Source: Calonectris borealis (taxonomy: Eukaryota). Taken from it: a stretch of 64,000 nt of DNA. Location of the stretch: positions 201,217,140 through 201,281,139 of the forward strand of contig NC_134312.1 in the NCBI RefSeq assembly GCF_964195595.1. The letters run 5' to 3'. Shown here one piece after another: positions 50,264-62,008 of the stretch. A program made the translations under genes and the position numbers. Numbering within the stretch: position 1 is the stretch's first letter; every line of letters starts with the position of its first letter. The notes beneath the pieces are model-generated. The model did not search any database. It worked only from the letters and a program-made list of their open reading frames with translations, and had not been told where the DNA came from.

Positions 50264-52376
50264 CTTGGAGTTAACCTAAATGGAGAGATAAATAAAGCCC
50301 CCCAACCCCCAATTTATTGCTTAAGTATGTTTCATTCACATGATATTGCACCAAATACTTCCCTTGTCCTACTTATTTTTTCACCCCATTTAGAACTACA
50401 CTCTATGACTGGCTAAGAAAAGAAGCAGAATTACTCATTAACTGTATCACAGTAACAAGCAGAAGCTCCTCTCAGGGCTTCACTGTACTGATTGCTGTAC
50501 CTTTCCATCATTTTTGTGTTTTGAAAGATTTTTAATATAAAAGTTTAAAATTTAACTTAGATTTAACACATAACAGCCATGATAACATATATGCTGTCAG
50601 AAGCAAACATACCATTCTACTGCAATACTTTGGTGAGAACACTACAACAATAACAGAAAAGTTTTATTTGGGTAGAATTAGGCTGCACTGAAAGACAGAA
50701 AGCATTAAAATACTTTTCAATACTCTTTGTATTGCAGTACATGATAACATAGAAGAGTTCCTGTTGATGTGTATAAAACTGTAAACCTTTTATTCATCTA
50801 CTGATCCTCCCACATTCTCTCACAATAACAGAAAGGCTTACTTTTTCAAGGACACTGTATTTTGCAACTTCAAAATCTTCGGGGAAAAAAGGAATGTCTT
50901 GATCATTTTCACTGTAAAATCTGGAATGGAATCAGAGTAATTAAAATCATATATGCTCAGTAAATACTGTACTGTAATAGGCTGCTACATCATACTGAAA
51001 TAAGAATAATATAAGAAGATAAATATATTTTTCAGCAGCAAAATAACAACAAAAAAAGTTTTGAGAAATGAAATCCCACCCAGACAAGCTGCTGCACTAA
51101 CAGGCCAGAATGTCTAGTGTGAACCTGAAGACGAAGACTAGATTTCAATCTTCATTCTTTAGAAAAACTGTGGAAGCAACACAATAAATGTATTTTCATT
51201 GCCCAGTTACATGTTAATTTTTTAATAGCTTGGTCAGCTACCTGTGCTGTCTGAGGCTAATTCCTCCCTTATTCCTGACTTTCATATTAGGATACATACA
51301 TGTAGTCATATCCTTCAGCATCAGGACTTTTAGACCAAATATAACTTCTAGTACATTCCCACAGAGTAACTGAATACCTACTCTATGACTGAATAGCAGT
51401 CTCTAAAAGTGAAAGCTGCATTTTGTTAATAGATTTTTCCTTTAACTCAGTACTTAGAAACAGTTATAACAATACTGCTTCCCTATTAACTCAGAGCAGT
51501 CTCAGTTATTTTCATTTTCAGCTCTCCCACAAATTTTTATGGGAGAAAGAGCACTTCTAAAAACAATGAATCAGACTGGATTGCAAAAACCTGTGAGCCA
51601 AGAAAATAAAAAAATTGTGATGATAAACAGAGCTCCCATCAGAAAATCATAAAGATGGAGCCATACTAATGCCTGCTGAGTTGGTAGAAGCTTTGCATGT
51701 ATTAGGGAGGTGCACTGTACGTGTATGCTGAGATGGAAAAATGTAAAATCAATTTCCAGTCAGATCCGAAGGTTTTTTTTTAAAAAAAAAAAAAAAAAGC
51801 CATTATAAATTCATACACACAGAACATAGAAAATGAAGACAGAATAATTTTATCTTTCACTACGTTATTAAGATAATGACAGCCATCTTCAGAAGTCACT
51901 GAAATAGACTGGGAAGTGGGTTTTTTTGTTTGTTGTTTTTTTTTTTTTTCAATTTACAGAAATATCAACATACATGTATCAAAATATATCTTTAATTTTA
52001 TTTTATTTTACCTAAGAGTCCCCACTTTGGAATCAATTCTTCTCTCACTGTCTTCAATAACAGTAAGGTTGGAATCATTGTTTTCATTTTTCCTTGTGGC
52101 ATGTTTATTTTTAGCAGATGACAGGTCTTCCACATCTGCAATCAAAACATTTATTTACTTGGTATAATACCTGGTTTCTCTAATTTAACTTAAGAATAGT
52201 TAATAAAAACAATACTACTATTTAATATTCATAAATATTTTACACGTTGAAACAAGTTAACAGCTTCTAAGATCACATTTTATTCAGCTATATAACTGGC
52301 AGGATATGGAGTCAAGTGTTGAAGGGCAACTGCCCCAACTGCATTCTGTTGAAATTAACCAAAGCTTCGAGTTTAC

Positions 52377-52657
52377 TGTCATCTTTTTTCCAGTGGAGTC
52401 AAATAAAGACAGTGATTGGAGTAGCTTTTTTGTTATTTTTAATATTTTATCCACATTTCCAACATGAAGTCTTATTTGAAGTTTCATTAAAAGAAAAGAA
52501 AAAAAATCAATGGAAAGACTCCACAGAATGGAACTAGTATTTCTTTTCTGAAAAATTCTAATTTTTTTATCAACGTTATTGCCAGTTTCAATGGTTGCTG
52601 ATTTCTTAAAAGCTGATTCTAAATACTCATCTTCTAAAACATTCTTTCCCAAAGTAA
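52377..52657 (-). CDS. PARP4: Candidate PARP4 linker exon (..TLGKNVLEDEYLESAFKKSATIETGNNVDKKIRIFQKRNTSSILWSLSIDFFSFLLMKLQIRLHVGNVDKILKITKKLLQSLSLFDSTGKKMT), poorly conserved
   Basis: An open frame of 93 codons in AT-rich DNA. Acceptor tgtatcag|TT takes the phase-1 carry-over from exon 3. Donor ACA|gtaaac leaves phase 0, matching the next exon. Only weak similarity to the human BRCT-to-PARP linker. Confidence 0.45.
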
Positions 52658-52692
52658 CTGATACATGAATAAACTATGTCAAATACACCTAC

Positions 52693-52888
52693 CCTGTCTG
52701 TCTGGTCTTTGGTCAGAAGTGTCATCTTGTGATTTATTAACCTTATATGCATCAATCTGTAAAAGCTTCCCCTTTTCAACTGATTTCCAAATGAAATCTG
52801 CACATAAAACAGGGAGCTGATACTTCTGAATATTTTTTAGATCACGACAGCTGAGGACATCAGCAGTATCCACAAGAACATGTGTACT
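52693..52888 (-). CDS. PARP4: PARP4 BRCT-domain exon 3 (STHVLVDTADVLSCRDLKNIQKYQLPVLCADFIWKSVEKGKLLQIDAYKVNKSQDDTSDQRPDRQ)
   Basis: Acceptor tgtctttcag|AGT, donor G|gtaggt. Matches human CTHIILDNADVLSQYQLNSIQKNHVHIANPDFIWKSIREKRLLDVKNYDPYKP. Confidence 0.8.
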
Positions 52889-53875
52889 CTGAAAGACAGG
52901 TTACAATTACAGCTGCTATGCACACATAACTACAGTATTAATCCAAATACTGTTTATTCGCAATTCATAGTGATACAATCCTAGAGTCCAAAGGAAACAT
53001 TTAAAGACAGACAACCTTTTTGGACCATATTTTAATTGAAACACCTAATTTAGAAACCTGGAACCTCTGTACTTCATCCATAGACAGCAGAGAGAGCAGG
53101 AGGCTTTCAGGTGAGAATTCAGCTCAACTAAAATATGGGTATCTTCAGTGTGTGTCCACTTTTCTACAGTAACTACGAAGATATGAAGGTGACCAAGTGC
53201 CTAATGTTCTGTAGAGCTTTTAGCAGTACACAGGAGGTCCAATAATGGGCCAAGTTCTGTTGTGGCCAACATAGTACAAACCCAAAGCTATTTGGGGTAA
53301 GATTGTTTAAAAAAAAAAAAAAAAAAAAGCTGGGCAGAATGCTGAATAATCATAATATGCTTTGGTAGCCTTATAAAGAATCATACATTGTTTTACAGGA
53401 ATCACATATATGCTGAAAGTTAACACTTTCTGCATAATTAGGACAAAATAAAAATGTTTAGAGAAGTCAAATCAAATAAAATGGTCATAAGTAAGAGGCA
53501 GCGGATATTGCACTTCAAACAATTAACATTAAGTATGCAAGAACTGATGGACACAGATAAATGAAAGGTTATTACATCAGAATGAAATTAGATCTACTTT
53601 ACTCAGAAACAGGATGATAAATGCATGTACTTTTATTTGTCACATATGAGAAAAGTACAGCTCTAAAAAATAAGAGCTCTTCCCTGATACAGCAGTACTG
53701 AGCCCAGATCTGTTCTGAGGTTCCTTTAATCGTAACGTAACTTCTGAAGCTTGGGTAAGATTTACTCTGAACAGGCTGGCCACTTCGTAGCAGTTCTCAG
53801 CAACCTAGAGCTGACAAATTTTAGGTATTGAAGTATCTCTCTTCCCATTCTATTTATAAAGATGATTCAAAAGAC

Positions 53876-54130
53876 ATAGAATCATAGAATCATTAAGGTT
53901 GGAAAAGACCTCTAAGATCTTCGAGTCCAACCGTCAACCCAACACCACCATGCCCACTACACCATGTCCCTAAGGGCCTCATCTACACGTCTTTTAAATA
54001 CTTCCAGGGATGGTGACTCAACCACTTCCCTGGGCAGCCTGTTCCAAGGTCTGACCACTCTTTCAGTAAAGAAATTTCTCCTAATGTCCAGTCTAAACCT
54101 CAATGTCCAACTCTAAACCTCCAGTCTAAA
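53876..54130 (-). mobile_element. CR1 3'-end fragment
   Basis: Plus strand: catagaatcatagaatcattaaggttggaaaagacctctaagatc...cttccagggatggtgactcaaccacttccctgggcagcctgttccaaggtctgaccac.... This is the reverse complement of the CR1 ORF2 C-terminus and (ATTCTATG) tail. Confidence 0.7.
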
Positions 54131-55763
54131 CCTACAGATTTCAATTAATACCTATTTGTACTGCATTAACTCTTAGTTCATTTGCTATTTTCAAGAATTA
54201 ATTTTTTTTAGCAAAGTTTTTTTTAAAGGTTATTGGTTTTATAAGGAAATTTCCTTGACTTTTTTTCCCCAAATTGTATCTGGAGATCAGCAGTTTGGTG
54301 AGCCTTAATTATTGTCCACCCATTGCTTATTTACAAGATCACAGCCACCACAAAGAGACGTGTCAACACATCTTGGAAGATCCTGAATTTACAGCACAAA
54401 GGAATCTATCACATCTTTGGAATACTCTTTCTAGACTTTGTTATTCTTCAATTCTTCACGTTCTCTCCTAAACAGATGTGCATTGTCAGAGTCAGGAAAC
54501 TACTGGGCTCTGAACAAGATGATAATGTACCTGCAATATTCCTTTTCTTCACACATTCCTTTTTGTTTCCTTCAATGTCAACACCTTATGTTATGCACAG
54601 TTTAAACTGCAGACTCTTGAGGACAGTGTATACAATTTTTACTGTTTGTAAAATCACAACCACCTATGGGAGCTATATATAACAGTAGGATTTAAAGTAA
54701 TTCACCCAATGTTATATTAGGAAATGTTACACAAGAGTGAGAGGGAGAAATGAACTCACTTAATTATACTCTTCTCAAAATTAAAAAACAGTATACAGAG
54801 AAAACAAAAAATTGAAATCATAACACAATGCATTACCTTCTCCCCAAGGTGGATTAGAAGTAAGCACTCTAATATGACAATATTTATGAGCTTGCTGTAA
54901 TTACAAGCCATGGGAAGGAGGAAATAAATGTCACTTTCAAGTGGCAGAAGTAACAAGGTATTATGCCTTCACTATTAAGTTAGATAATGTTAGATAATTC
55001 TCTGTCACTGGCATGTGAATACTTATATTGTTAAGGTATTAGCATGTTCCTTGGCAGGCTTCTAGCTTCTGCCAACTCACATCCTCCCAGTTTCCAGCCA
55101 TGGTTTGGGAGACAGATCATCACCATGACCATTCCCATTAGGCAGTTTGCATACGAACACTCAGTCCTGAGGACCAAGAGAGTTCACTAATATAGGTGTG
55201 TGCCAGCTGGCCACAGTCCCTGAGAACATTCCTAGGCATGTAATGTACCAGTATAGATGCAGCCCACTGATTTCATTGCTGTGCATGTCATGCAAACAGG
55301 CTCCTTGATTTATCCATACTGCGTGTTCAATATATATTCAAAATAAAAAGCTGTATTTAATAAAAAACTGCAATATCAGACTTCTAACTCTACCATGTTT
55401 TCCTCACCCTGTAATCAAATGCTTGCATTAACAATAACATAACCAAACCCCAATTCAGTGATGTATCTCCTCATTCAGAGTTTCCCCTCTCTGACAATGA
55501 GAGAAGAAAAACAGCATGGCAAAAACCCCCCCCCGGTTCTTTTATGGAGGGAGAATATTACACTTGATTTTTTATATGACATTTCAGTACTACAGAGCCA
55601 GATGCATTAAAAATGTAAACTGAATACTTCTGTTTAAATATTGAACAGAGACGTTAATCTCTACAGTTCTTATTTCTCTACATGTGGCAAGATTAACACT
55701 CTATAACACTTGCAGCACTTGATATTTTCCTACTGAAATCTCAGCAATAAAACTGGAACTTAC

Positions 55764-55896
55764 CTTGTGATTAAGCACAAAATTAACTACTCCACCATTT
55801 TCTTTTATGCATGCTTTCAGCCTGCTCTTCTCCTGAATGGCTAAGTATTTAACTTTAATAAAGAACACACAGTTTGCAAAGATTGCCATTGCCCTC
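55764..55896 (-). CDS. PARP4: PARP4 first coding exon (exon 2): MAIFANCVFFIKVKYLAIQEKSRLKACIKENGGVVNFVLNHK, start of the BRCT domain. Start codon at 55889..55887.
   Basis: Acceptor ctcttttaacag|GAGGGCA, then ATG. Donor AAG|gtaagt at 55763. Matches the human PARP4 N-terminus MVMGIFANCIFCLKVKYLPQQQKKKLQTDIKENGGKFSFSLNPQ. Confidence 0.8.
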
Positions 55897-58800
55897 CTGT
55901 TAAAAGAGAAAAGAATTCTTTTTTTTTGGCTGAGAAAACTTTCATTCCCACTATCCACCTAAGTAGTCTCTCACCAAATATATTCTTTGCAACTCTAACG
56001 AGTTCCAAAACAAATCCCATTTTATTAGCATGGTAATCAAATCCACTCAGAACATCTCTTAATCAGTTTTATTAATTTTTTTAAATTATGTGGAAAATCT
56101 AGTGTGACCTACATTTTCAGTGAAGTCATGGCTTGAACTAACTGCCAAACTTGTTAGTCAAAAATGTCTTATATTAAGTGCCCTCTCTCTTGGGGAGGCC
56201 ATTTGGAGCAAAAATGACCTTTCTTTAACTTAATGAGAGCTCCCACAGAGACTGCAAATTCTGATTAAGCTTCTATCCTCCTACTTCTATAAATAACCAA
56301 CACCTACATTAAAGACTGCAAAAAGGAAAGCAGATGCTGTTTGAACTACTTGTGTTCATTTACCAATTCACATTTTTCTGCACTATGTATGGGCAAATGA
56401 GGAAACATTTATTAGAACAGTTTCTTTACTAATTTCTTAGGACTAAAACGAAGAATTTAATTACCCAATAGGTTCTTCTGGCTTAAAACTTAGTATTGGT
56501 CAAATTGCACCAAAGCCTTTACAAGGTCAACAAAACATCAACCCTGCAAAAAGATTCCACTGTAGTGTGGACAAAGAGTAAGCCAAGAGACAGTAACAAT
56601 ACAGAGGAAATGTTTAAATGGCACTGACAACAGCACTTCACAATCTAATATAAAATTATTGTTTGATTAATTTATCAAGGACCCAAGTCCAGATGATTAG
56701 GATAAGGTTTCAGATTAAAAAAAAAACCAAAACAAAACACATTAACCTGAGGTAATTTTAGGGTGAGATTTAGAGTATGTTACCTATATCACACTTAAGG
56801 AATGTGTTTATTTTCTTACTCTATAGCCTACTTGATTTTCAATGTATGCAAGTAAAATTGTTCTTCAGTGCAGTAAAAAAGGAATCAGATGGCCAGCTAC
56901 CGTGGAATAATTTAAATTATTAGCTAAAAAATAAGAAGGAGTTAGTCAAGGAGAGAGAGAGCAACATAATTCATTTGAATTTGGGGTTTCGTGAAAACCT
57001 GGAAAATCAACACAATCAGACACAATTTTATACATGCCTGTATAATTTTATCTCAGAAAGGTAATCTATAGGAAGGGCCCAAATCATCTACTGCACTATA
57101 CACCTAATAGAACTGGCAACTTTGTAATGGTAATACATGCATTTAGTCAGGCAGATACAGATCAAATGGCACATGAGGTCATTATATACCTATATTTTGT
57201 GGATTGTTTTTGTTTTTTATGGCATTAGCAGTGCTTTTGGCATAAAAGTACTCTCTGCTCATGCAAAAAACCAACTCTATACTTTATCGATGTTTTCACA
57301 AGATACTGTTATCTGAGGTGATAAAAATCTTTTACTATGCAGCCTTGTTATAACTTGGCTCTGTGGGAAACTGTACCTTTAAGAAGCTCTACTTTGTGGT
57401 ATAAAGTCTTATTTTAAGCTGCTTTTATCAACTTTATTTTGAATCTTGTCACAAACAAGATAGATTAATTTGAGGCACATATAAGGGCAAATGTGCCACT
57501 GCCAAAGGCTTCCTTTAATAACATAGTTATGGTTATTATGCCTCCCTCTTCACTAGAGGTCTGTGTGCACTAGTTTTCTCAATATATTCTCTGAAGCAGA
57601 TTCTGGATTCTGCTAAAGTATCACCAGAAGTTGTCTCCTCAGGAAATAATGAACTCTATTTGCACAGTCAAAACAAGAAGTTTATTAGAATGCAATGAAA
57701 TACATACAACCAACTGCAAGCATCAGCTGTGCCTATACATCCATATCTCATCTGGCAAACACCAGAAGCAACTGAAATTGGTAGCTACATGTGCAAAACT
57801 CCACAAAAGTATTTTATATTCCATTTGCTTATGAAAATCAAGCTGCTAAGAACTGAGAAGAAAATTCTTGCAAGAACTGATCTGTAAATAAACCATAGGT
57901 CAGCCAGTAAGCAGAAAGGAATGCGTAAACTTGAGGGATTAATTTCCTCCAAGTCTGTCTGCAAAGTCACCCCCCCTTCTCTGTTCCCAGCACGAGAGGT
58001 ATTAAATGACCCGTGATCCCACTCCTCTCTTTAGATTCTGAGGGAGCCAAATCGTTTATACTCACCTGCTCAGGCAGCTGCCCTCCCTGAAGGATCTTCC
58101 TGCTTCCCCAACAGCGTGAGGTACAACTGGAGAGCCTGGGCGTTGTAGGTGGGAAGGGCTAGGACACACCCATACCTCCCTGTAAAATGCCCAGTCAAAT
58201 AAATAAACCCAGCAAAGTGCAGTCTACTGCACAATAAGGAGCAGTAACCCTCGCTGCACTGGAAGGAGGAGGAAATTGTCACTGTTGAAGCACAAGTGAA
58301 CTTTGGAACACCTGACAGAGTTCAGGAAATTGAGTTAAACCTGATCAAAGTCTGTGCCCAGCAGCTTTTCTCTCCCTTGAGTGAAGATGATTTTATTCTT
58401 TCATTGTTGATGAATGCTACCACTAAATAGTAGCCTCTCTTCTCTTACTTCCCTAGAGAACCAAACTTCTCAAGGAATTTTAGCAGTGTTTGGCTTTACT
58501 CCTTTTGAATGGCAAAATTTTCAAAATTCAAAATCAGAATAGAAAATTCTATTTCATCTGTGTGTTGAGAATTAATTAACTGCCGATAAACACATTTATA
58601 ACTGGAATACTGTGTTGTTGCAGTACCAGATAAGGAAGTTATGCAAAGTGGAACTGCTGACAGTTATCACTGGTTTATTTCTTACAATTTTAATTTATGT
58701 TGGTGGAGATCCATAAGGCCCCAATAGCCTTATGGCTTCACACAAACACACGAGCTTGTACTTCATGATCAAACCACAAATTCAACACCATTGTTAGCAA

Positions 58801-59830
58801 TGGATTATATTTTCAGCACAGAGTGGGAGCCAAAAATAAATTTTTATCGTCCAACAATAGACCATGAATAATCTGTAGTCCTGTAAGGCCATCAGTGTAC
58901 AGGTAAACTGAAAACATACCTTCACTGTATTTTCCTGCTAAAGATGTCAAAGGGACTGAATGTGATGCTCTGCTTTTGAAAAGCATGAGTACAAATCCTT
59001 GTATTTCTAGCACAGTTGCTTATCACTATTAATGCAGAATCCAATCTGAGGACAATCATGTAGACAACATATTCATAACTGGCAAAACCAAAGTGCAGGA
59101 AAGATGTTGGAAAGTTTAGCAGGAAGAGCCCTGTGGAACTATAGAAAGTAACAACGGAAATTAAAACTAGTAGTAGGCAACTGAAAGGGCTGCGGTGGGT
59201 TTATACAACCTAGAGCTCGGTTTTGTACCTGCCCACAACAGCCACAAAACCAGGTCACAGCCTGCGACGTACCACAAGTTTCTGGAGCGCGATGCTCTGC
59301 CACTTACTGGAGTTTAGAGGAAAACCCTAATTTCGCTCAGTAAGGTAGAGCATGCCAAAAGCACAAAATGTCAGAAAGCCAGGGGATGCTTTTTGCCCAT
59401 TTATCTTTTCTTTCTTCCCTTACTGCAGCTATTTAAAGATTAAAAAGGTATAACTGGCCGCAATAAAAGCACACTGCAGAAAACGCCACACCCCGAACAG
59501 TTTGCGGACAGGTCACTAGACAGGAACCTCCTCACGCACCATGCCGGGACAGCCGCCGCAGAACACTGCGCCGATACGGCCTTCTGCCTCTTCAGGAGCG
59601 GCGCTGCCCGAAGAGAAACCCCGTCTCCCAGAAGGGCCACCAGCGGCGACGCGGGGAGGACTCGAGAGCCGCCCCTACCTGCGGGCCGACGTCAGGAGCG
59701 AGGGGCAGGCCCAGATACCCGAAAGGATCCCCGCCGCCTCTTCCCGCCCCTGACAGCCCCGGGCAGGAACCGGGGCAGCGCTACTTCCCTGTCGATGCCC
59801 ATCAACGGCCTTTTCGCCGCTGAGGCTCTT

Positions 59831-59917
59831 GGGAGTTGTAGTTTGAGCGCGGAAGGACCGCCTGGCAGCTGGGTGGGGAAGTCGGCGGCTTGGGACTACA
59901 ACTGCCAGCATGCTCGG
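59831..59917. promoter_or_regulatory. Pair of divergently oriented ZNF143/THAP11 (SBS, ACTACA-type) motifs about 45 bp apart
   Basis: Minus strand, 59852..59831: ..ACTACAACTCCCAAGAGCC. Plus strand, 59895..59913: ACTACAACTGCCAGCATGC. Both are close to the ACTACAAYTCCCAGCAATGC consensus (established motif, recalled from memory). Confidence 0.5.
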
Positions 59918-59969
59918 CGCCGGGGCGGTGCCCAGCCTGTGGCGCCGGGAGGCTGTGCGATGGCGGCAG
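59900..59969 (+). other. CENPJ: Tentative CENPJ non-coding exon 1 (5' UTR) ending at the donor CAG|gtttgt
   Basis: It lies just downstream of the plus-oriented SBS motif. Alternative GC-island donors exist, for example GG|gtgagc at about 60112. Needs transcript data. Confidence 0.25.
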
Positions 59970-61627
59970 GTTTGTAATAGAAGGAGAGGGGTGGCGGCTA
60001 GAGCAGAGTGTCGCTGCGGAAGCGGCCTGAGGAGCGGTGCCGGTGCTGCCGCCCCGGTACCTGTGAGGGGCCGCAGGTCGGAGCTGTGGCGATGCGGGTG
60101 CCTTGAGGCCGGGTGAGCGGCGGGACCCGGCGGCGCGCTTGCGGCGTCCTCTGTGAGGAGCCCAGCGCGGGCTGGGGCGGTGTCCGTGACGGGGGGAAGG
60201 GAGGCGGCGGGCCTGGCCCCTCGTCTCCCCACCGGTAACCTTTGCGGGGGGGGATCCCTTCGTCCCTCCTCCCCTCCCCGGGACGGGTCAGCTTCAGCCC
60301 TGCCAGCTCTTTCGGTTGGCACGAGGGTGCTGCTGCCCTTAGGCTTTAGGGGAAGCTTTAAACTGGCAGGCTGCCTCGAAAGGGTCTCCAAAAGGTGACA
60401 GGAAAAATAGCGTGCGAACCCTGTAGGCTTGAATTGGCCCATGCAGGAATCCGTACCTCGCTGGGAACTTCCAGTGGCGTCTCAAAGCAGAAGACGGTTG
60501 AAACACATTTTTCTAAGGGAATTTCGCTGTTTCTTCTAGTAATAGTTTCAAACTTTGGTTGAAAACGTAAGCCCTTTTGCAGCAGGAAAATTAAGCGAGA
60601 GCTGGCATGAACTGATCTCTTGGGAACAAGGAAGCTTGACAAAATTATTTCCTGATCAGCAGGACTGTTGAGCTGTGGGTTGTTTGTCCTTCGTCCCCTG
60701 GCCCCTTCTTTCTCTGTATTCCCTGTGACACACCATATGCGGAGGCAGAGAGTTAGTTGCCCTGGTACTAGTCTGAGGTAGCAGGGCTGACTGCTCAGGC
60801 TCTTGCTTGCTACATCGTCATTGGCAGCAGCTCTGTCTCTTTTTTGTCTTAAGTGAGAAAATCACTTTGAGTCTCCCGCCTACCTGAATTCATTCATATT
60901 TTATGACACTTGTAGGAATTTGGTTATCACTGAAACTTTTGCAGTCTTCAAACTTTTTTTTGGATGGATTTAAAAAAAGAAGCTGGTTGGGAGGAAAAAG
61001 CTAACAGGCAGCATAGTTGTAGAGTTTCCATGAGAAACTAAGGAAGACATGAAAATGGTAAGTGCTGCATTGAAATATGTGCAGTAAAATGTTTGTATTT
61101 AGATGGACATACTTGAAACTTTGCATTAGTATGAAGGTCCTGTGAGGGAAGTCTCTTTCAACTCCTCAAATCACCTCTCTCTTTTTGTTGCAGGCACTTT
61201 AAAAGAATTCTGAATCCCTCTCTGTACTACTGAAAGGAATATTATACACAGCTTTATAATATTTGAGATAATATTAAGGGCACTCAAATAAATAACAATA
61301 TTAAAAATTGGATTATGTTGACTTCCTGCACAGAAAGTGTTTGTTACTAGTTGTCCAAATTGTTTCTATTGCCCAGGGAAAAGTAGATTGTGACTTATTT
61401 TTGTAAGTATACTAGGTTGGTTGTAAGAGGGTAACTTTCTTTTACTGGGAATCTGTTACTGTAGATGTCTTATGTTGTTCATCTGCTTAATTTCTAGGTG
61501 CTAAAAGTAGGTAACTATCCATACCAAATACCTGGAACTTTGAAAGTTTTACTGTCCTAATGCTACATAATGTAATATTGTTATGTTAATGCTATATCAG
61601 CAAATAAATTGGAATACAATTTACAAG

Positions 61628-62008
61628 ATGCCAACTGTTGAAGATCCGAGTAGTGAACAAAACTTCATTGCGCATTGGATGTCCGATAGTTCCCGTGCTG
61701 GAGTCTTATTAGATCCTAGTTTTACTGGTTTGAAAATCAACAAAGAAAATTTATTATCTGGACCTGAAAACATCACAGCTTTCCCTGCTGAAGTGTTGCA
61801 TCTTTCAGACAGCTGTTCTGTAAGTGATGACTCCTTGTGTGAAGAAGAGTCTGGCAGCCCTTGTACGCTTCAGCAATATACCACTGAAACATCTTTTCCA
61901 GCAGCAGCATATAACGTAGAAGCCTCTAAAACAGACTTTGTCCATGATGAAGTGGGTGGTCAGAATAAATCCGATCACAGCGATCCACTCTTACAAAAGC
62001 TTGAACAG
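61628..62008 (+). CDS. CENPJ: CENPJ (CPAP) first coding exon: MPTVEDPSSEQNFIAHWMSDSSRAGVLLDPSF...DPLLQKLEQ, then GTAAAA donor
   Basis: Acceptor tatatcag|CAAAT... at about 61599, ATG at 61628. 127 codons, then CAG|gtaaaag. Matches the human CENPJ N-terminus [36 protein letters not shown]...DPLFKKLEQLKE (recalled from memory). Confidence 0.78.

Larger units (their letters stand above)
8870..59700 (-). other. PARP4: PARP4 (vault PARP) gene body, minus strand, from the CpG-island promoter at about 59.6 kb to a candidate terminal exon at about 8.9 kb
   Basis: About 20 exon translations are collinear with vertebrate PARP4. The domain order BRCT, PARP catalytic, VIT, vWA, S/P-rich, C-terminal is preserved. 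All have GT-AG boundaries and consistent splice phases where checked. Confidence 0.85.
59500..60420. promoter_or_regulatory. CpG island and bidirectional promoter shared by PARP4 (minus strand) and CENPJ (plus strand)
   Basis: GC- and CpG-rich block. A minus-strand gene starts downstream at 55.9 kb and a plus-strand gene's first coding exon is at 61.6 kb. It carries two inverted ACTACA-type SBS-like motifs. Its long ORFs (for example 59675-60442) are Ala/Pro/Arg/Gly-rich artefacts. Confidence 0.7.

Noticed and set aside
55701-55958. ORF-track start MDSGNESFLSQKKRILFSFNRR upstream of the PARP4 Met
   Set aside because: The track's M is a GTG codon. The sequence upstream of 55896 is intron: a polypyrimidine tract followed by the acceptor aacag. 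The true initiator is the ATG at 55889 (MAIFANC...).
59440-60442. Long ORFs (up to 255 aa) in the second GC-rich block
   Set aside because: The same CpG-island composition artefact. They have no similarity to PARP4 or CENPJ, and the real first coding exons of both genes lie outside the island.
61583-61627. Upstream in-frame Met codons extending the CENPJ ORF (MLMLYQQINWNTIYK...)
   Set aside because: This segment lies upstream of the splice acceptor at about 61599 or within 5' UTR. The conserved protein begins at MPTVEDPSS... (61628), which aligns with the human CENPJ N-terminus.
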